DNA of 64,000 bases from Octopus vulgaris (taxonomy: Eukaryota), in contig OX597818.1 of the NCBI GenBank assembly GCA_951406725.2, forward strand, positions 48,670,001 to 48,734,000, written 5' to 3'. The translations under genes were made by a program, and so were the position numbers. The number at the start of each line of letters is the position of its first letter. Within the stretch, counting starts at the first letter, position 1. A model generated the notes under the pieces. The model had not been told where the DNA came from. It made no database searches and worked only from the letters and a program-made list of their open reading frames with translations. Shown piece by piece: positions 21,615-33,884 of this stretch.

Positions 21615-23067
21615 GAGAACTGGAAACGATTCTTGGACGATTGTTTTATTCTCTGGAATGAAAACACAGATAAACTCTTAAAATTTAAAAACCTATTGAA
21701 CAGCATAAACCCAAATATACAGTTCACAATGGAATACAACCAAAAGGAGCTCCCGTTCTTGGATATACTAATTAAAAAAATTAACCTTAAAATAGAAACA
21801 GACATTTTCTACAAAGCCACAGACGCCAAACAATACCTTCTCTTTAATTCATGCCACCCAAGACACACTAAAACAAACATCCCCTTCAACCTTGCAAGAA
21901 GGATATGCACAATAGTGTCAGAACAAAATACCAGGAACTTCAGACTGCAAGAACTCAAAAGCACCTTAATTGACAGACATTACCCAGCTCAACTCATAGA
22001 GGATGGGATCAGACGTGCAACAGAAATCAACATAGAAACTTTAAGAAAAGTTCAACACAACAACACACCTTCCCCGAAAATACTACCTTACATATCTACA
22101 TACAACCCCAGAAACAAAGAAGCTTTCACCATCATCACCTAGAATTTACCAATACTTCATAAAAACCCCAAATTAAAGGAAATTCTAAACTTACACCAAA
22201 TCATTAAAAGCTACAAACAGCCTAATTCACTTAAAAAGATTCTCACAAAGGCAAAATTATCTTCTGAAATTACGGATGCAAAAGTAAAAAAATGTGGTAG
22301 ATCGAACTGTGCAACATGTCCAAACCTGCTAGAAGGATCAGAATTCTTCTTTAAAGAGGGACAGAAATTCAAGATCAAATCTAACTTTACTTGTGCCTCT
22401 GAAAACATAATTTATGTCATAAAATGCTCGGGCTGCCACCAAGACTACGTAGGGTCCACGGGACTATCACTCAGACGTAGATGCACACTGCATTGACAAC
22501 AGATTGCATTCCCAGAATATAGAATGATACCTTTTAGTGAGCACATTGAGAAATGCGCAAAGCAACTACAACCACAATTTTTAATCTTTCCATTTTACCA
22601 ATGTGCTTTCGGATCATCAACACAAATTAGACTAAACAAGGAAACATTCTTCATTGAAAAGTACAAACCCAGACTCAACTATCCAAACATAATAATACAG
22701 AGAAATTCACACTAAGAGAAAAAGGAAAAGAAAATTTTTTTAAGCAATTATCTCCCTTACACCGGAAGAAATCACGCACTACCTTCCCTTATTTAGAACT
22801 CTCCGTAGCAAAAAAACAAGCATAACGCTATTAAAGATAAACATTACGTCGCAAGAAATTTGAAGAGCTAAATGCGAAACCGGTCTTTCTTTAAAAATTA
22901 TAAAATTATGTCATTATAAGAAAGGAAAAAAATTTTTCCAATATTCTCCAGACATATTGACGCAAATATATATATTCTTTAACATTTAAGCCTTCTGTCG
23001 TTTTTTCACTCTTTACTATTTTCTTATATATTCACCCACGTGCTTTCACAAACAAACTTTCTTATCT
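21615..23067 (+). mobile_element. 5'-truncated Penelope-like retroelement (RT C-terminus + GIY-YIG endonuclease, pLTR with hammerhead)
   Basis: WKRFLDDCF, LPFLD, YKATD..QYL..SCHP; then C..C zinc motif and NIIYVIKCSGCHQDYVGSTG..RRR..H. In-frame stops near 22140 and 22494. Flanked by (TA)n on both sides. Confidence 0.92.
22853..22891 (+). ncRNA. Minimal hammerhead ribozyme motif in the Penelope pLTR
   Basis: aagaaa-t-TTGAAGA-GC-taaat-GC-GAAAC-cg-GTC-tttctt: 6-bp stem I, palindromic stem III (ACCGGT), GUC site, C3 to T. Confidence 0.7.
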
Positions 23068-23089
23068 ATATATATATATATATATATAT

Positions 23090-23254
23090 AGGCATAGGAG
23101 TGGCTGTGTGGTAAGTAGCTTGCTTACAAACCACATGGTTCCGGGTTCAGTCCCAGTGCGTGGTACCTTGGGCAAGTGTCTTCTACTATAGCTTCGGGCC
23201 GACTAAAGCCTTGTGAGTGGATTTGGTAGACAGAAACTGAAAAGAGGCTCGTCG

Positions 23255-23293
<39 letters not shown>

Positions 23294-23366
23294 GGGGCTT
23301 TTACATGCCCCATATATATGCCCCCTTGGTGAAATTAATGATTATTCCAAATTAATTAATTTCACA

Positions 23367-23411
<45 letters not shown>

Positions 23412-23620
23412 GTGTGTGTATATGTTTGTGTTTGTCCCCCAACATCGCTTGACAACCGATGGTGGTGTGTTTACGTCCCTGTAACTTAGCGGTTCAGCAA
23501 AAGAGTCCAATAGAATAAGTACTAGGCTTCCAAAGAATAAGTCCTGGGGTTGATTTGCTCGACTAAAGGCAGTGCTCCAGCATGGCCATAGTCAAATGAC
23601 TGAAACAAGTAAAAGAGTAA
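23090..23620 (+). mobile_element. SINE family B with a ~77-bp insert in its (TA)n tract
   Basis: Complete head and tail; foreign sequence at 23292-23368. Confidence 0.87.
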
Positions 23621-23996
23621 ATAAAAAATTAATTGCTCATCTTCACTTATAGCCATTTCAATTAATACTCAATAAACATTATGTAAATAAACAATTATTA
23701 ACTTTCTAATTTCCATTTTATTTTCTTCTTTTAAATGAATATAAACTATATGCTTTTATATATGCCTATTATTTTAACGAAATTCTTTCCCCCAAAATAC
23801 CAGGTATTGAACCAGTATATCCTTGAATAAAACCATCTCTTCATGAGGTTTACACATCCTCTAATTAACAATGAAGTTGATGTTGCCTTTCATCTTTTTG
23901 GGGTTGATAAATTAAGTACCAGTTGCATACTGGAGTCAATCTAATCTACTAGCACCCTCCCCCCAAATTTCGGGCCTTGTACCTAGAGTAGAAAAG

Positions 23997-24039
<43 letters not shown>

Positions 24040-24621
24040 TGTATTAAGCAGAAGTAACTGAGTAACTCAAGGTCCAAGAACTTTGTGTGTTGGCACTTAT
24101 ATCATCATAATCATAATCATTTAATCATCATCATCATCATCTAATGTCCATCTTCCATGCTGGCATGGGTTGGATGGTTTGAGAAGGACTCAATGAATCA
24201 AGGACTGCACTGTGCTCCAGTATCTCCTTTGTCAGAGTTTCTATGGTTGGATGCCCTTTCCTAACACTGACCACTTTACAGTGTGTGCTGGGTGTTTTTT
24301 TTTCATTCCACAGGTACTACTGAGGTCACCATGTAGCCCACAGGTCAACGAACCCAAAGAGGGATGGTATTGGCATTGTATGTTATATGGGAGTTAAGGT
24401 ATGAGGGGGATAGGTTGGGGTAGAGCAGATTCTTTTCATTGTAATTAAGGTTTGCAGAGGATTTAGAATAACATCCCTAAGTTTATATATTGGTATATCC
24501 ATATTGGTGTTAACCAACTGAAATCAAAGAATGAGAGAAGGGGCCACAGCAGAGCAGGTTTTTAACTATAGAAGAGATTCATGGCCACTCACATTTAGGA
24601 GAGAGAGAGTAAGAATGAATC

Positions 24622-25506
24622 AATAGCTTGTTCAGAAAATACTGTCAAATTTTTCAAAAACAGTTTTTCAAATTTTATTTAAGATATTATTTTTGTAGTG
24701 TTTTTGTTGAAATTTTCATGCTTAATAATTGATGAATACTCTTTAATAAAATTTTATTGATTTCTTTCAGAATATAATTCTAAAGTGCAGAAATCCTTAA
24801 TTTCAAATATGAAAAAAAGTATTTACTTTTTTTGCATGAATTCAAGCTTGGACATAATGCTTCCCAAACAGCCATTAATATCAACAGGGCATGGGGTGAA
24901 AGGTCCACTAGTGATTGGACAATAAATTGGTGGTTTGATTTTGAAGTGAGGATGAGAGCCTTGAAGATGAAGAAGATAGAGAATGTGCATCCATTCATGA
25001 AGATCAGCATTTGAAAACAGTACAGCTTTCTGGAACCTAACCAGAGTATTACATCAGAAGTTTATTTGTAAGCAACTGGAAGAAATTCATGTTCACTTGA
25101 ACGAAATGCAACCTGCAGTTGTTAATCAAAGTGGTCCAATACTGCTCCACAACAATATTTAGCTGCACATCTCCAGGATTACACTGCAGACTTGGTATAT
25201 GTGTCTTTACCACATCTTTTATAGTGTCCTGATCTTTCACCTACCAGCTAGCATTTTTCAAGCATCTAGACACTTTTATAGGATAAAAACCTTCCATTCA
25301 AAGTCAAAACTGAATTCAAGGATTTCTTGGCATCAAAACCTTTGGACTTTTATCGAAGAGGCATAAATGATCTTGATAATCGATGGCAGAAATGCATAGC
25401 TGTTCAGGGATCCTATTTTGAATATTTAACCCTTTGTATAAGTTCACTTTTTCAAAAATATAAGCTTATTTTTAAAATCAGCCATTATTTCCCGGACAAC
25501 CTAATA
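24622..25506 (+). mobile_element. Degraded mariner transposon
   Basis: HEFKLGHNASQTAININRAWGE HTH, SPDLSP..YHF-like relic, DFYRRGINDLDNRWQKCIAVQGSYFE C-terminus, right TIR CCGGACAACCTAATA. Confidence 0.85.
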
Positions 25507-25642
25507 GATGTATCTCCAAGGAAATAAAAAGTGGTGATGAGGTGTCCAGGGGTGCTACATCCATACAATATTCAAGATATTGTAGTTCATCTATCTCTCT
25601 GTTTGACTGTCTGTATGTATGTATGTCTATGTGTATATATCC

Positions 25643-25941
25643 CCGTGGCTGACCAAGCTATCAGATGTTGCTACACATCGCTGGTCACAATGTGCTTTGC
25701 ATTGTTTTAGCCTTCAAATGATGCCACCCCACTGGCTAAGTGAGCAGACCAGTAGAAGAAAGAGCGAAGGAAAGTTGTGGCGAAAGAGTATAGCAGGGAT
25801 CACCACCACCCCCTGCTGGAGCCTCATGGAGCTTCAGGTGTTTTCGCTCAATAAACACTCACAACACCCAGTCTGGGAATCAAAACTGCGATCCTACAAC
25901 TGCGAGTCCACTGCCCTAACCACTAGGCCATTACGCCTCCA
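25643..25941 (-). mobile_element. SINE family D (tRNA-derived)
   Basis: Head GGAGGCGTAATGGCCTAGTGGTTAGGGCAG; homologous to 52306-52592. Confidence 0.83.
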
Positions 25942-26269
25942 CATGTGTATATATATATTTATGTAATTATGAATGTATATATTGATATATAAGATGTTTA
26001 TATAAGTATGGGCTAAGTGAGAAAAAATGCCTGATCTCATGATGGGAGCCAATTTACACAGAGTGATCATGTTATCATTTATGCTGAGTGGCCTCTGAAT
26101 GAATTTGACTGTCAAAATAACAAATATTAAATTTTTTAATGGATAAGCTTGGCTATCTAATCTCCTCTCATGTTTCATGAGAACTACATACTGTATAGCA
26201 GCTGCTTAACCACTATACGCATATATACAATTACATACCTACTTGTATAGGTAAGTATATTGGAATATA

Positions 26270-26895
26270 GAGGGTGTGTAAGATATTTGAGGACAGATTT
26301 ATGTTTATAAAAAAAAACAGATATATAATAACAGATAAATAATAACCTTATCAAAAAATGCTATGAGGATAAAAATAAACCTTGTTTCCTACAGTATTAT
26401 TCAATAAAGCCACCTTCAGCTTCAAAAACTACTTGTATGAGATCTAAATCATCTACATGCTCAAATCAAGTGGCCCTGGTTCATTTTGGACATTACTCTG
26501 ACTATGACACCATTCAAAGAATCTTTGGTGTTATGGGCATGTTCATTGACCTCTCTCTCAACAACGCTCCACATGTAATAGTCCAATGGATTAAGATTTG
26601 GAGGCCAAATGTTAGGGGTTATGCGATCATGAAAATTTTCAGCCATTCATTCCTGTGTTACTAGAGCCATGTGTGATAGTGCAGAGTCTTATTGAAACAC
26701 ATCTAGCCTTCCATTGCCTACACTTTCTATCCAGGGCTTAACAATTGTTTCCAGGACCTCAATGTAGGCAACAGAGTTAGCTCTAAGGCCTTGTGGAAAA
26801 AAGTAAGGAGGCATCACATGTCCTTCATTGCTGACAACCCTTAAAACGATGACAGCTGCAGAAAAATTTGTATGCATAACACTTGGAACTTCGGA
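26270..26895 (-). mobile_element. Degraded Tc1/mariner transposase 3' half (maT/DD37D-like by motif style)
   Basis: VVSNEGHVMPPYFF..GLR.N...Y.EVL..VKPWI, VFQ*DSA, NIWPP..NLNPLDYYMWSVVE. Confidence 0.75.
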
Positions 26896-27896
26896 AGGGT
26901 CTACACATTTCTTCTGTTATACAGATACACATATTTACACCAATTGACATGGTTCATGTATGAAGTCTGCTCAAAAATGAAATTGAACTTCTATAAAGCA
27001 AATTTATTGCTTTATTTAGAATTTAGTCAAACCTGTCTCCTACACAATAATTTCCACTTGCATTATTTTTTCCAGTTTCAGAATACATCTTCAGTCATGT
27101 TTTTGGGCATAGTGTACAATTCCTGTAGCAAATTTTCTATGATCTCTTCTAACATATAATATCAAATAACCTTAATGGCGGGCATGGCTGTGTGGTTAGA
27201 GAGCTTGCTTCCTAGCTTCATGGTTTTGGGTTCAGTCCTACTGTGTGGCACTTTGGGTAGGTGTCTTCCACTATAGCCCCGAGCCAGCCCAAAGCTTTGT
27301 GATTGAATTCAGTAGGCGGGAGTTACTGCCCTGTGTGTATGTGTGCATATAGCTGCTCAGTGCCTCTCTGAAAGAGAGAGAGGGGGTGATTTCAACTTTG
27401 AGGACAGATTTGGTGAGATGGGTGGTGGGAAAGTAAGTGTCATAAGGAGTGGTGCATGAACAGGTAAGTTATTGTGGGGAACTACTCAGGTTTTGTTTGT
27501 CCATACCTCAGACCTCTTTTGAATGCTTTTGGACATCCAGATAAAACTCTTTATTGATTATCTGCCACACAGAACAAACTTATGACAAGCAACATCTGTC
27601 TAATTAAAAAAAAAATTATCGATATCATTTTCACATTTGAATGATTCCGATGTGCTTTTTCAGGCACGACAATGATGATTCAACTTATTGCAATGAAGAT
27701 CTCTTTGTTTCAACATTGTTGCTATACATTTGTTTCATCACCTCTTACAACACTTTTCAGAAAGTTTACTTCAGTAGATGAGTAATCTAATGGTTCATGA
27801 CTGACTGTCACTCAGTTCTCTTTTTATTCATCTGTCAATAGACCTAACACAAATTTTGCAGCAACTCAATGCATCTTAAATTTATCTTTTAAAATC

Positions 27897-28696
27897 ATCA
27901 TCATTTAATGTCCGCTTTCCATGCTAGCATGGGTTGGATGATTTAACTGAGGTCTGGTGAACCAGACTCCAATCTGATCTACAGCTGGATGCCCTTCCTA
28001 ATGCCAACCACTTCGAGAGTGTAGTGGGTGCTTTTACATGCCACCGGCATGAGGGCTAGTTTGGTGGTACTGGCAATGACCATGCCCAAATGGTGCTTTT
28101 TATGTGCCACCTGCACAGGAGCCAGTCCAGCGGCACTGGCGACGACCTCACTCGAATGTTTCACATGCCACCAGCACAAGTGCTAGTAAGGCGATGCAAG
28201 CCCTTTTAAAGCATAGCCAGGCTCATGGGCCCAGTTTCTCGGTTTCTATGGTGTATGTGTTCCCCAGCTGGACGGGACGCCAGTTCATCGCAGCGTTACT
28301 CATTTTTGCCAGCTGAGTGGACTGGAGCAATGTGAAATGAAGTGTTTTGCTCAAGAACACAACGTGTCGCCCGGTTCAGGAATCAAAACCACAATCTTAC
28401 GATCATGGTGCTGACACCCTAACCACTAAATCATGCACCTCCACAAATGTTCCTTCTCGAGCCATGCCAGGCTCATAAGGGCCGGTTTCTAAGTTTCAAT
28501 GATGTAGAAATTCTCCACCTGGACGGGAAGCCGGTCCGTCGCAGGATTACTCATTTTTGCCAGCTGAGTGGACTGGAGCAACATGAAAATGAAGTGTGTT
28601 GCTCAAGAATACGACGCATCGCCCGGTCCAGGAATCAAAACCACAACCTTACGATCATGAGTTCAACACCTTAACCACTAAACCATGCGCCGCCAC
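27897..28696 (-). mobile_element. Cluster: RTE 3' UTR repeat (27897-28197) plus two family C SINEs (28200-28444, 28450-28696)
   Basis: Matches to the 20395 and 5000 copies. Confidence 0.83.
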
Positions 28697-28954
28697 TTTA
28701 AAATCATATGCCACAAACTATTACAGATTCCCACTCCTTTAGGAACTCTACAGACAATCAAGCAACTCCTTTCGCAGATCACGATACATACTTTTGCAAT
28801 TTGATCAACTTCCATTTTTGGGGAAAGTCATCAAGATTTGGGATTGTCTTCAGTGGAGCTTATTTCTGTTTTAAAACGCTGGCACCACTTGTCACATTGA
28901 GTTTGGCTCTGACAAATCTCTTCAAAAGTCTGTAGCAACATGAATAATACATCT

Positions 28955-29207
28955 CTCTTTCTATTACTCTATTACTTGTTTCAGTCATTTGACTGTGGCT
29001 ATGCTGGAGCAGCGCCTTTAGTCGAGCAAATCGGCCCCAGGACTTATTCTTTGTAAGTCTAGTACTTATTCTATCGGTCTCTTTTGCTGAACCGCTAAGT
29101 TACGGGGACGTAAACACACCAGCATCGGTTGTCAAGCGATGTTGGGGGGGACAAACACAGACACACAAATACATACACACACATACATGCACACAAACAC
29201 AAACACA

Positions 29208-29249
<42 letters not shown>

Positions 29250-29672
29250 CATATATATATATGGCACGTTAAAAGCACCAACCGATCGTGGCCAATTCCG
29301 GACCCCCCTGGCACCTGTGCAGGTGGCACATAAAAAGCACCCACTACACTCGCGGAGTGGTTGGCGTTAGGAAGGGCATCCAGCTGTAGAAATTCTGCCA
29401 GATCAGACTTGAGCCTGGTGCAGCCCCTGGCTTTCCAGACCCCGGTCGAACCGTCCAACCCGTGCTAGCGCAGAAAACGGTCGTTAAACGATGATGATGA
29501 TGATGATGATGATATATGGCGGGCTTCTTTCAGTTTCCGTCTACCAAATCCACTCACAAAGCTCTGGTCGGCCCGAGGCTATAGTAGATGACCCTTGCCT
29601 AAGGTGCCACGCAGTGGGACTGAACCCAGAACCATGTGGTTCATAAGCAGGCTACTTACCACACAGCCACTC
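28955..29672 (-). mobile_element. SINE family B with nested RTE 3' UTR copy (29262-29513, +)
   Basis: The GAT-tailed element sits in the SINE's TA tract. Confidence 0.87.
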
Positions 29673-30457
29673 ATTTTTTTTTTTCCAATTTGAGACAAAA
29701 TTTCACACAAATTGTTGCTCTTCCAAATCCTTCATTTTTTTAATTTGTGACAAATTGCCAAATGCATTAAGCATATATTCACTGTAGCACATGTAGCTCA
29801 GTAACTGACATGGGCATGATGTGGCTATTATTAAACTGAAGGTCAAAATCACCCACACAGCACTAGTCATGAGCACGCTGCTTTAAAAGTTCAGTTTCTT
29901 TTAGTACAGATTTCTTATGTGCATAAGTTGTATGCAAATGCAAACTTCTACATATATATTCACATGTATATATAACACATGAGTATACAAGTACACAAGA
30001 ACACATCAGTGCTTCTGTTTACTATTTCTGTTTTAAAATGCTGGCATCACATTGAGTTTGGCTCTGACAAATCTCTTCATAAGTCTGATGCAACATGAAT
30101 AATACATCTCTCTCTCTATTACTCTATTACTTCTTTCAGTCATTTGACTGTGGCCATGTTGGCGCACTACCTTTAGTCAAGCAAATCGACCCCAGGACTT
30201 ATCCTTTGTAAGCCTAGTACTTATTCTATCGGTCCCCACCATTTTCAGAAATTAAAAACAACAACTTAAACTCTCAAAGCCACTACAAAGCTTCTCTCTG
30301 GGTGACCTCACATATGTAACGTTGCTAAAACTGTATTACAAAAACTAAGATTCCTCTTTGGAGCAAAAAAATACTTTGGTCCTGATTAGGAAGTTCAAAC
30401 AACACTTTCAAAGGAATTCTGCTCATATATTCGGAGCTGGTGCTGCCTCTACATACA

Positions 30458-30893
30458 TGTAGTGACGCCATCTTGGAAATCTCCAGCATGCATGCGCAGA
30501 GTTGGTTTCTTCCGGGAGGCCTGCCGGAAGTTCCTTCACGCGCATGTGCAGAAAACTAGCAGCAGTGAAATTCCCTCGTATCGTTCTCTCGAACGCCGGT
30601 AGCTGAACAGGACAGTCATGTTCTATCAGCTCTCTCAAGCTGCTACATCATAGCGTATCTCCGCTATGCTTGAACAGACAGGATTTGGCTCACTCTACTT
30701 GACTACAGTGATAAGCTCCTAAGCTGCGGATTCGCCCAGAAAGAAGAATGTATATATTGCGAATCAAGAAATAAATATTTATGCTGTTGAAGTTAATCGG
30801 AAGTCTTGACTCTTTTCCTTCGATTAATATTTTTAATGTAAAGGATGCGAGCTGCAGCCATCCAGTGCGGGGACCTCTCATCCTGTTACTACA
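30458..30893 (+). mobile_element. Probable solo LTR
   Basis: Inverted termini TGTAGTGAC...GTTACTACA, 436 bp, CpG-rich 5' part, AATAAA at 30770. No matching TSD found. Confidence 0.55.
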
Positions 30894-31768
30894 TCAAAAT
30901 TGTGCACCACATCAAAATGGAGGCTGTCTATTTACTGGTGATGATTCACACACCAATACACTTCAACTCCTAGCTTGAAGACAAGCTGTCTTCCCCCTCT
31001 GATTATTGTATCACTTTTGCAATGACTTCTCCCTGCTCCTCTAAACTAGCTTCTCCCCACTTTCAGGCTAATTAACCCTACCCATTTTTCCTTCTTTCAT
31101 CAAACTTACTCTGTTTCATCAGTGCCTGCCCTAAATACTTTAGCAAACCCTTCCTTTCCCAAGTGTCACTTCAATGAAATTTCTCAACCCAAACCATGTT
31201 TTTTCAACAGATAACACCAGCATCAATCTCACCAGACTAGGAGGGCCTTCAGAGGTGATGGTCATTGACTCATCTCCTTATACTTTACCATCTCATAAAA
31301 TAAAAGAAAAGAGCAAAACTATCCATGCTCTCCCACACAAGCAATATATAGAATATTTCAATTAGTGGTGTAGATTTGGCACTTAGTGTTACTATTGCTA
31401 CTCTCATACTAGTTTCAGTATACTACACAGTGTAGAGAACATGACTTAATTTTATACGAGGAAGTATTTTTAGCCTTGTTCTAAAACATCTATTGGTCTA
31501 TACTCATACAATGGTAACAATAAAATTATATTCAAATCAATGTCAAAGTAACCAGGATATAAGAAAAAACAGAATGTAAACATAACTGCACAATAAATCA
31601 CATTAGGCGTAGGAGTGGCTGTGTGGTAAGTAGCTTGCTTACAAACTACATGGTTCCAGGTTCAGTCCCACTGCGTAGCACCTTGGGTAAGTGTCTTCTA
31701 CTATAGCCTCGGGCCGACCAAAGCCTTGTGAGTGGATTTTGTAGACGGAAACTGAAAGAAGCCTGTCG

Positions 31769-31799
<31 letters not shown>

Positions 31800-32000
31800 A
31801 GAAAATGGAGAAACATATCTTAATCAATGATCAACTACCAGATAATACCCAATCACATAATTTATTAAACCACTATGCATGAACATTAAGGTTAAACATA
31901 ATAATATAGAACAAAACAATGTACATGAAAGAGTAATATAATACAATAAGTACAGTATGTATAAGTGAATATAAATAAATACAAATATAAATATAAACTA

Positions 32001-32129
32001 AATCTTACAGCTGTTTCGGCCATGCAGATATGGGTGTCTCATTATGCTCATATTAGCCATGTGTGATAGGTCAATATGTAGTTGTAAATGAGACACTTAC
32101 AAAAATATCCCAAGGCCTCTTCAGAGATT
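32001..32129 (-). ncRNA. Type I hammerhead ribozyme (inverted twin of 32418-32546)
   Basis: Reverse complement of the plus-strand motif with all core nucleotides intact. Confidence 0.82.
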
Positions 32130-32417
32130 ATGAAATACAAACTAACTCTTGACTTTGTATATCTGCATTTGAATATGAATATGTGTATGTTTTCTATATT
32201 GTAATATCATAATATTATGTTGACCAACTGTAACATTGAATATAGAACATATGTATGTATATTGATATATATTATTATGTATATGTATATATATATGTAT
32301 AGGAATATGGGTATATGCACTCATATGTATGTGTATATTATATATTATGGGTATGTACCCACTCTTGTATGGGTGTACCTCCTCTGTTATTCATATTTAA
32401 TTTAGTTTGTATTTCAT

Positions 32418-32546
32418 AATCTCTGAAGAGGCCTTGGGATATTTTTGTAAGTGTCTCATTTACAACTACATATTGACCTATCACACATGGCTAATATGAG
32501 CATAATGAGACACCCATATCTGCATGGCCGAAACAGCTGTAAGATT
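32418..32546 (+). ncRNA. Type I hammerhead ribozyme with greatly extended stem II
   Basis: AATCT-CTGAAGA-GGCC-[92 nt, containing GTGTCTCATT/AATGAGACAC and CATATT/AATATG stems]-GGCC-GAAAC-agct-GTA-AGATT. Confidence 0.85.
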
Positions 32547-32955
32547 TAGTTTATATTTATATTTGTATTTATTTATATTCACTTATGCATACTGTACTTA
32601 TTGTATCATATTACTCATTCATGTACATTGTTTTGTTCTATATTATTATGTTTGACCTTAATGTTCATGCGTAGTGGTTTAATAAATTATGTAATTGGGT
32701 ATTATCTGGTAGTTGATCATTGATTGAGATATGTTTCTCCATTTTCTTATTTTGTATTATTAATTTGTGGTAAAACATTTTACCTTTGCCCATATAATAC
32801 AGTGAACGAATTAATTGCATCGCAGTTCTTAACATTTATGTATTAACTTTATTGGGTGCTTCACTAGCAGTATATTGGATATATGTTATCCCATGGAGGG
32901 TTGCACTTACAACCCCTATCTCAATTTGCATATATATATATATATATATATATAT

Positions 32956-32998
<43 letters not shown>

Positions 32999-33300
32999 TG
33001 TGTCTGTGTTTGTCCCCCCAACATCGCTTGACAACCGATGCTGGTGTGTTTACGTCCTCGTAACTTAGCGGTTCAGCAAAAAAAAGACACCACTAAAGTA
33101 AGTACTAGCCTTACAAAGAATAAGTCCTGGGGTCGATTTGATTGACTAAAGGCAGTGCTCCAGCATGGCCACAGTCACATGACTGAAACAAGTAATAGAG
33201 TAAAAGAGTAAAGAGTATTAGCCAATAATTTAGAAGATATGTTTTAAAAAGTTAGACCAAAACAACAACTAGTTTCAAGTCAACCACAAAGCACCTTTAT

Positions 33301-33520
33301 AAGAGGGGTACTGAAAAGTTCCTGGTTTTGGGTTAAGGAAAATACAGGAGGTTCAGTTAATTATGATTTTATTTAACATATTTTTCTCTTAGATTCATAC
33401 ATTTATTGAAGTGGTTCTTCAGTTTTTCTTAGCCCAGTAAAAGAACTTGGAAGTTTAGGCCTCCAACCAGGCCTTTCAAGATACTCTTAAAGCCAGGAAT
33501 TTTTCAGCACCCTCACGTAT
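33301..33520. mobile_element. Mariner-like terminal fragment
   Basis: TA followed by AGAGGGGTACTGAAAAGTTCCTGG, a TIR-like start. Confidence 0.45.
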
Positions 33521-33835
33521 GTGGTCGTCAAACCTGCTAGAAATAGCAACTAAATCTTCCTCAAGTTATACAATGCTGTTTTGGAAAAAGTCATATTGGC
33601 TAATGTTGGCTTGGGTTCATTGCATGTTGCGAAAAGATAGGATAGTCATGGCCAAAATGCCTTTGGTAATATGTCCGCTTGAGTCAGTTCTGACCTGGCT
33701 CTGAACTACAACAACTGCAAAGACCCCCACCCTTTCCTCCAGTAGTGTCTTCTACTGTAGCCTCGAGCCAACCAAAGCTTTGTGAGTGGACTTGGTAGAT
33801 GGAAACTGAAAGAAGCTTGTCGTATGTGTGTGTGA

Positions 33836-33884
<49 letters not shown>

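Larger units (their letters stand above)
26959..29917 (-). mobile_element. Old mariner element fragmented by at least six later insertions
   Basis: Matching degraded TIRs (TATGAAGTCTGCTCAAAAATGAAATTGAAC / AAGTTCAGTTTCTTTTAGTACAGATTTCTTA); transposase relics at about 27500-27890, 28700-28930 and 29690-29740. Confidence 0.6.
31794..32929 (+). mobile_element. Non-coding fold-back cassette: ~350-bp inverted arms each with an intact hammerhead, plus a ~175-bp unpaired tail
   Basis: 31794-32145 is the near-perfect reverse complement of 32402-32753; flanked by (TA)n. Confidence 0.88.
31606..33217 (+). mobile_element. SINE family B split by a 1.1-kb insert in its (TA)n tract
   Basis: 5' half at 31606-31770, 3' half at about 32930-33217. 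Confidence 0.87.

Noticed and set aside
30330-30470. Minus-strand ATG in CAAGATGGCG context as the first exon of a gene
   Set aside because: Short ORF without homology, and the motif lies within the probable LTR.
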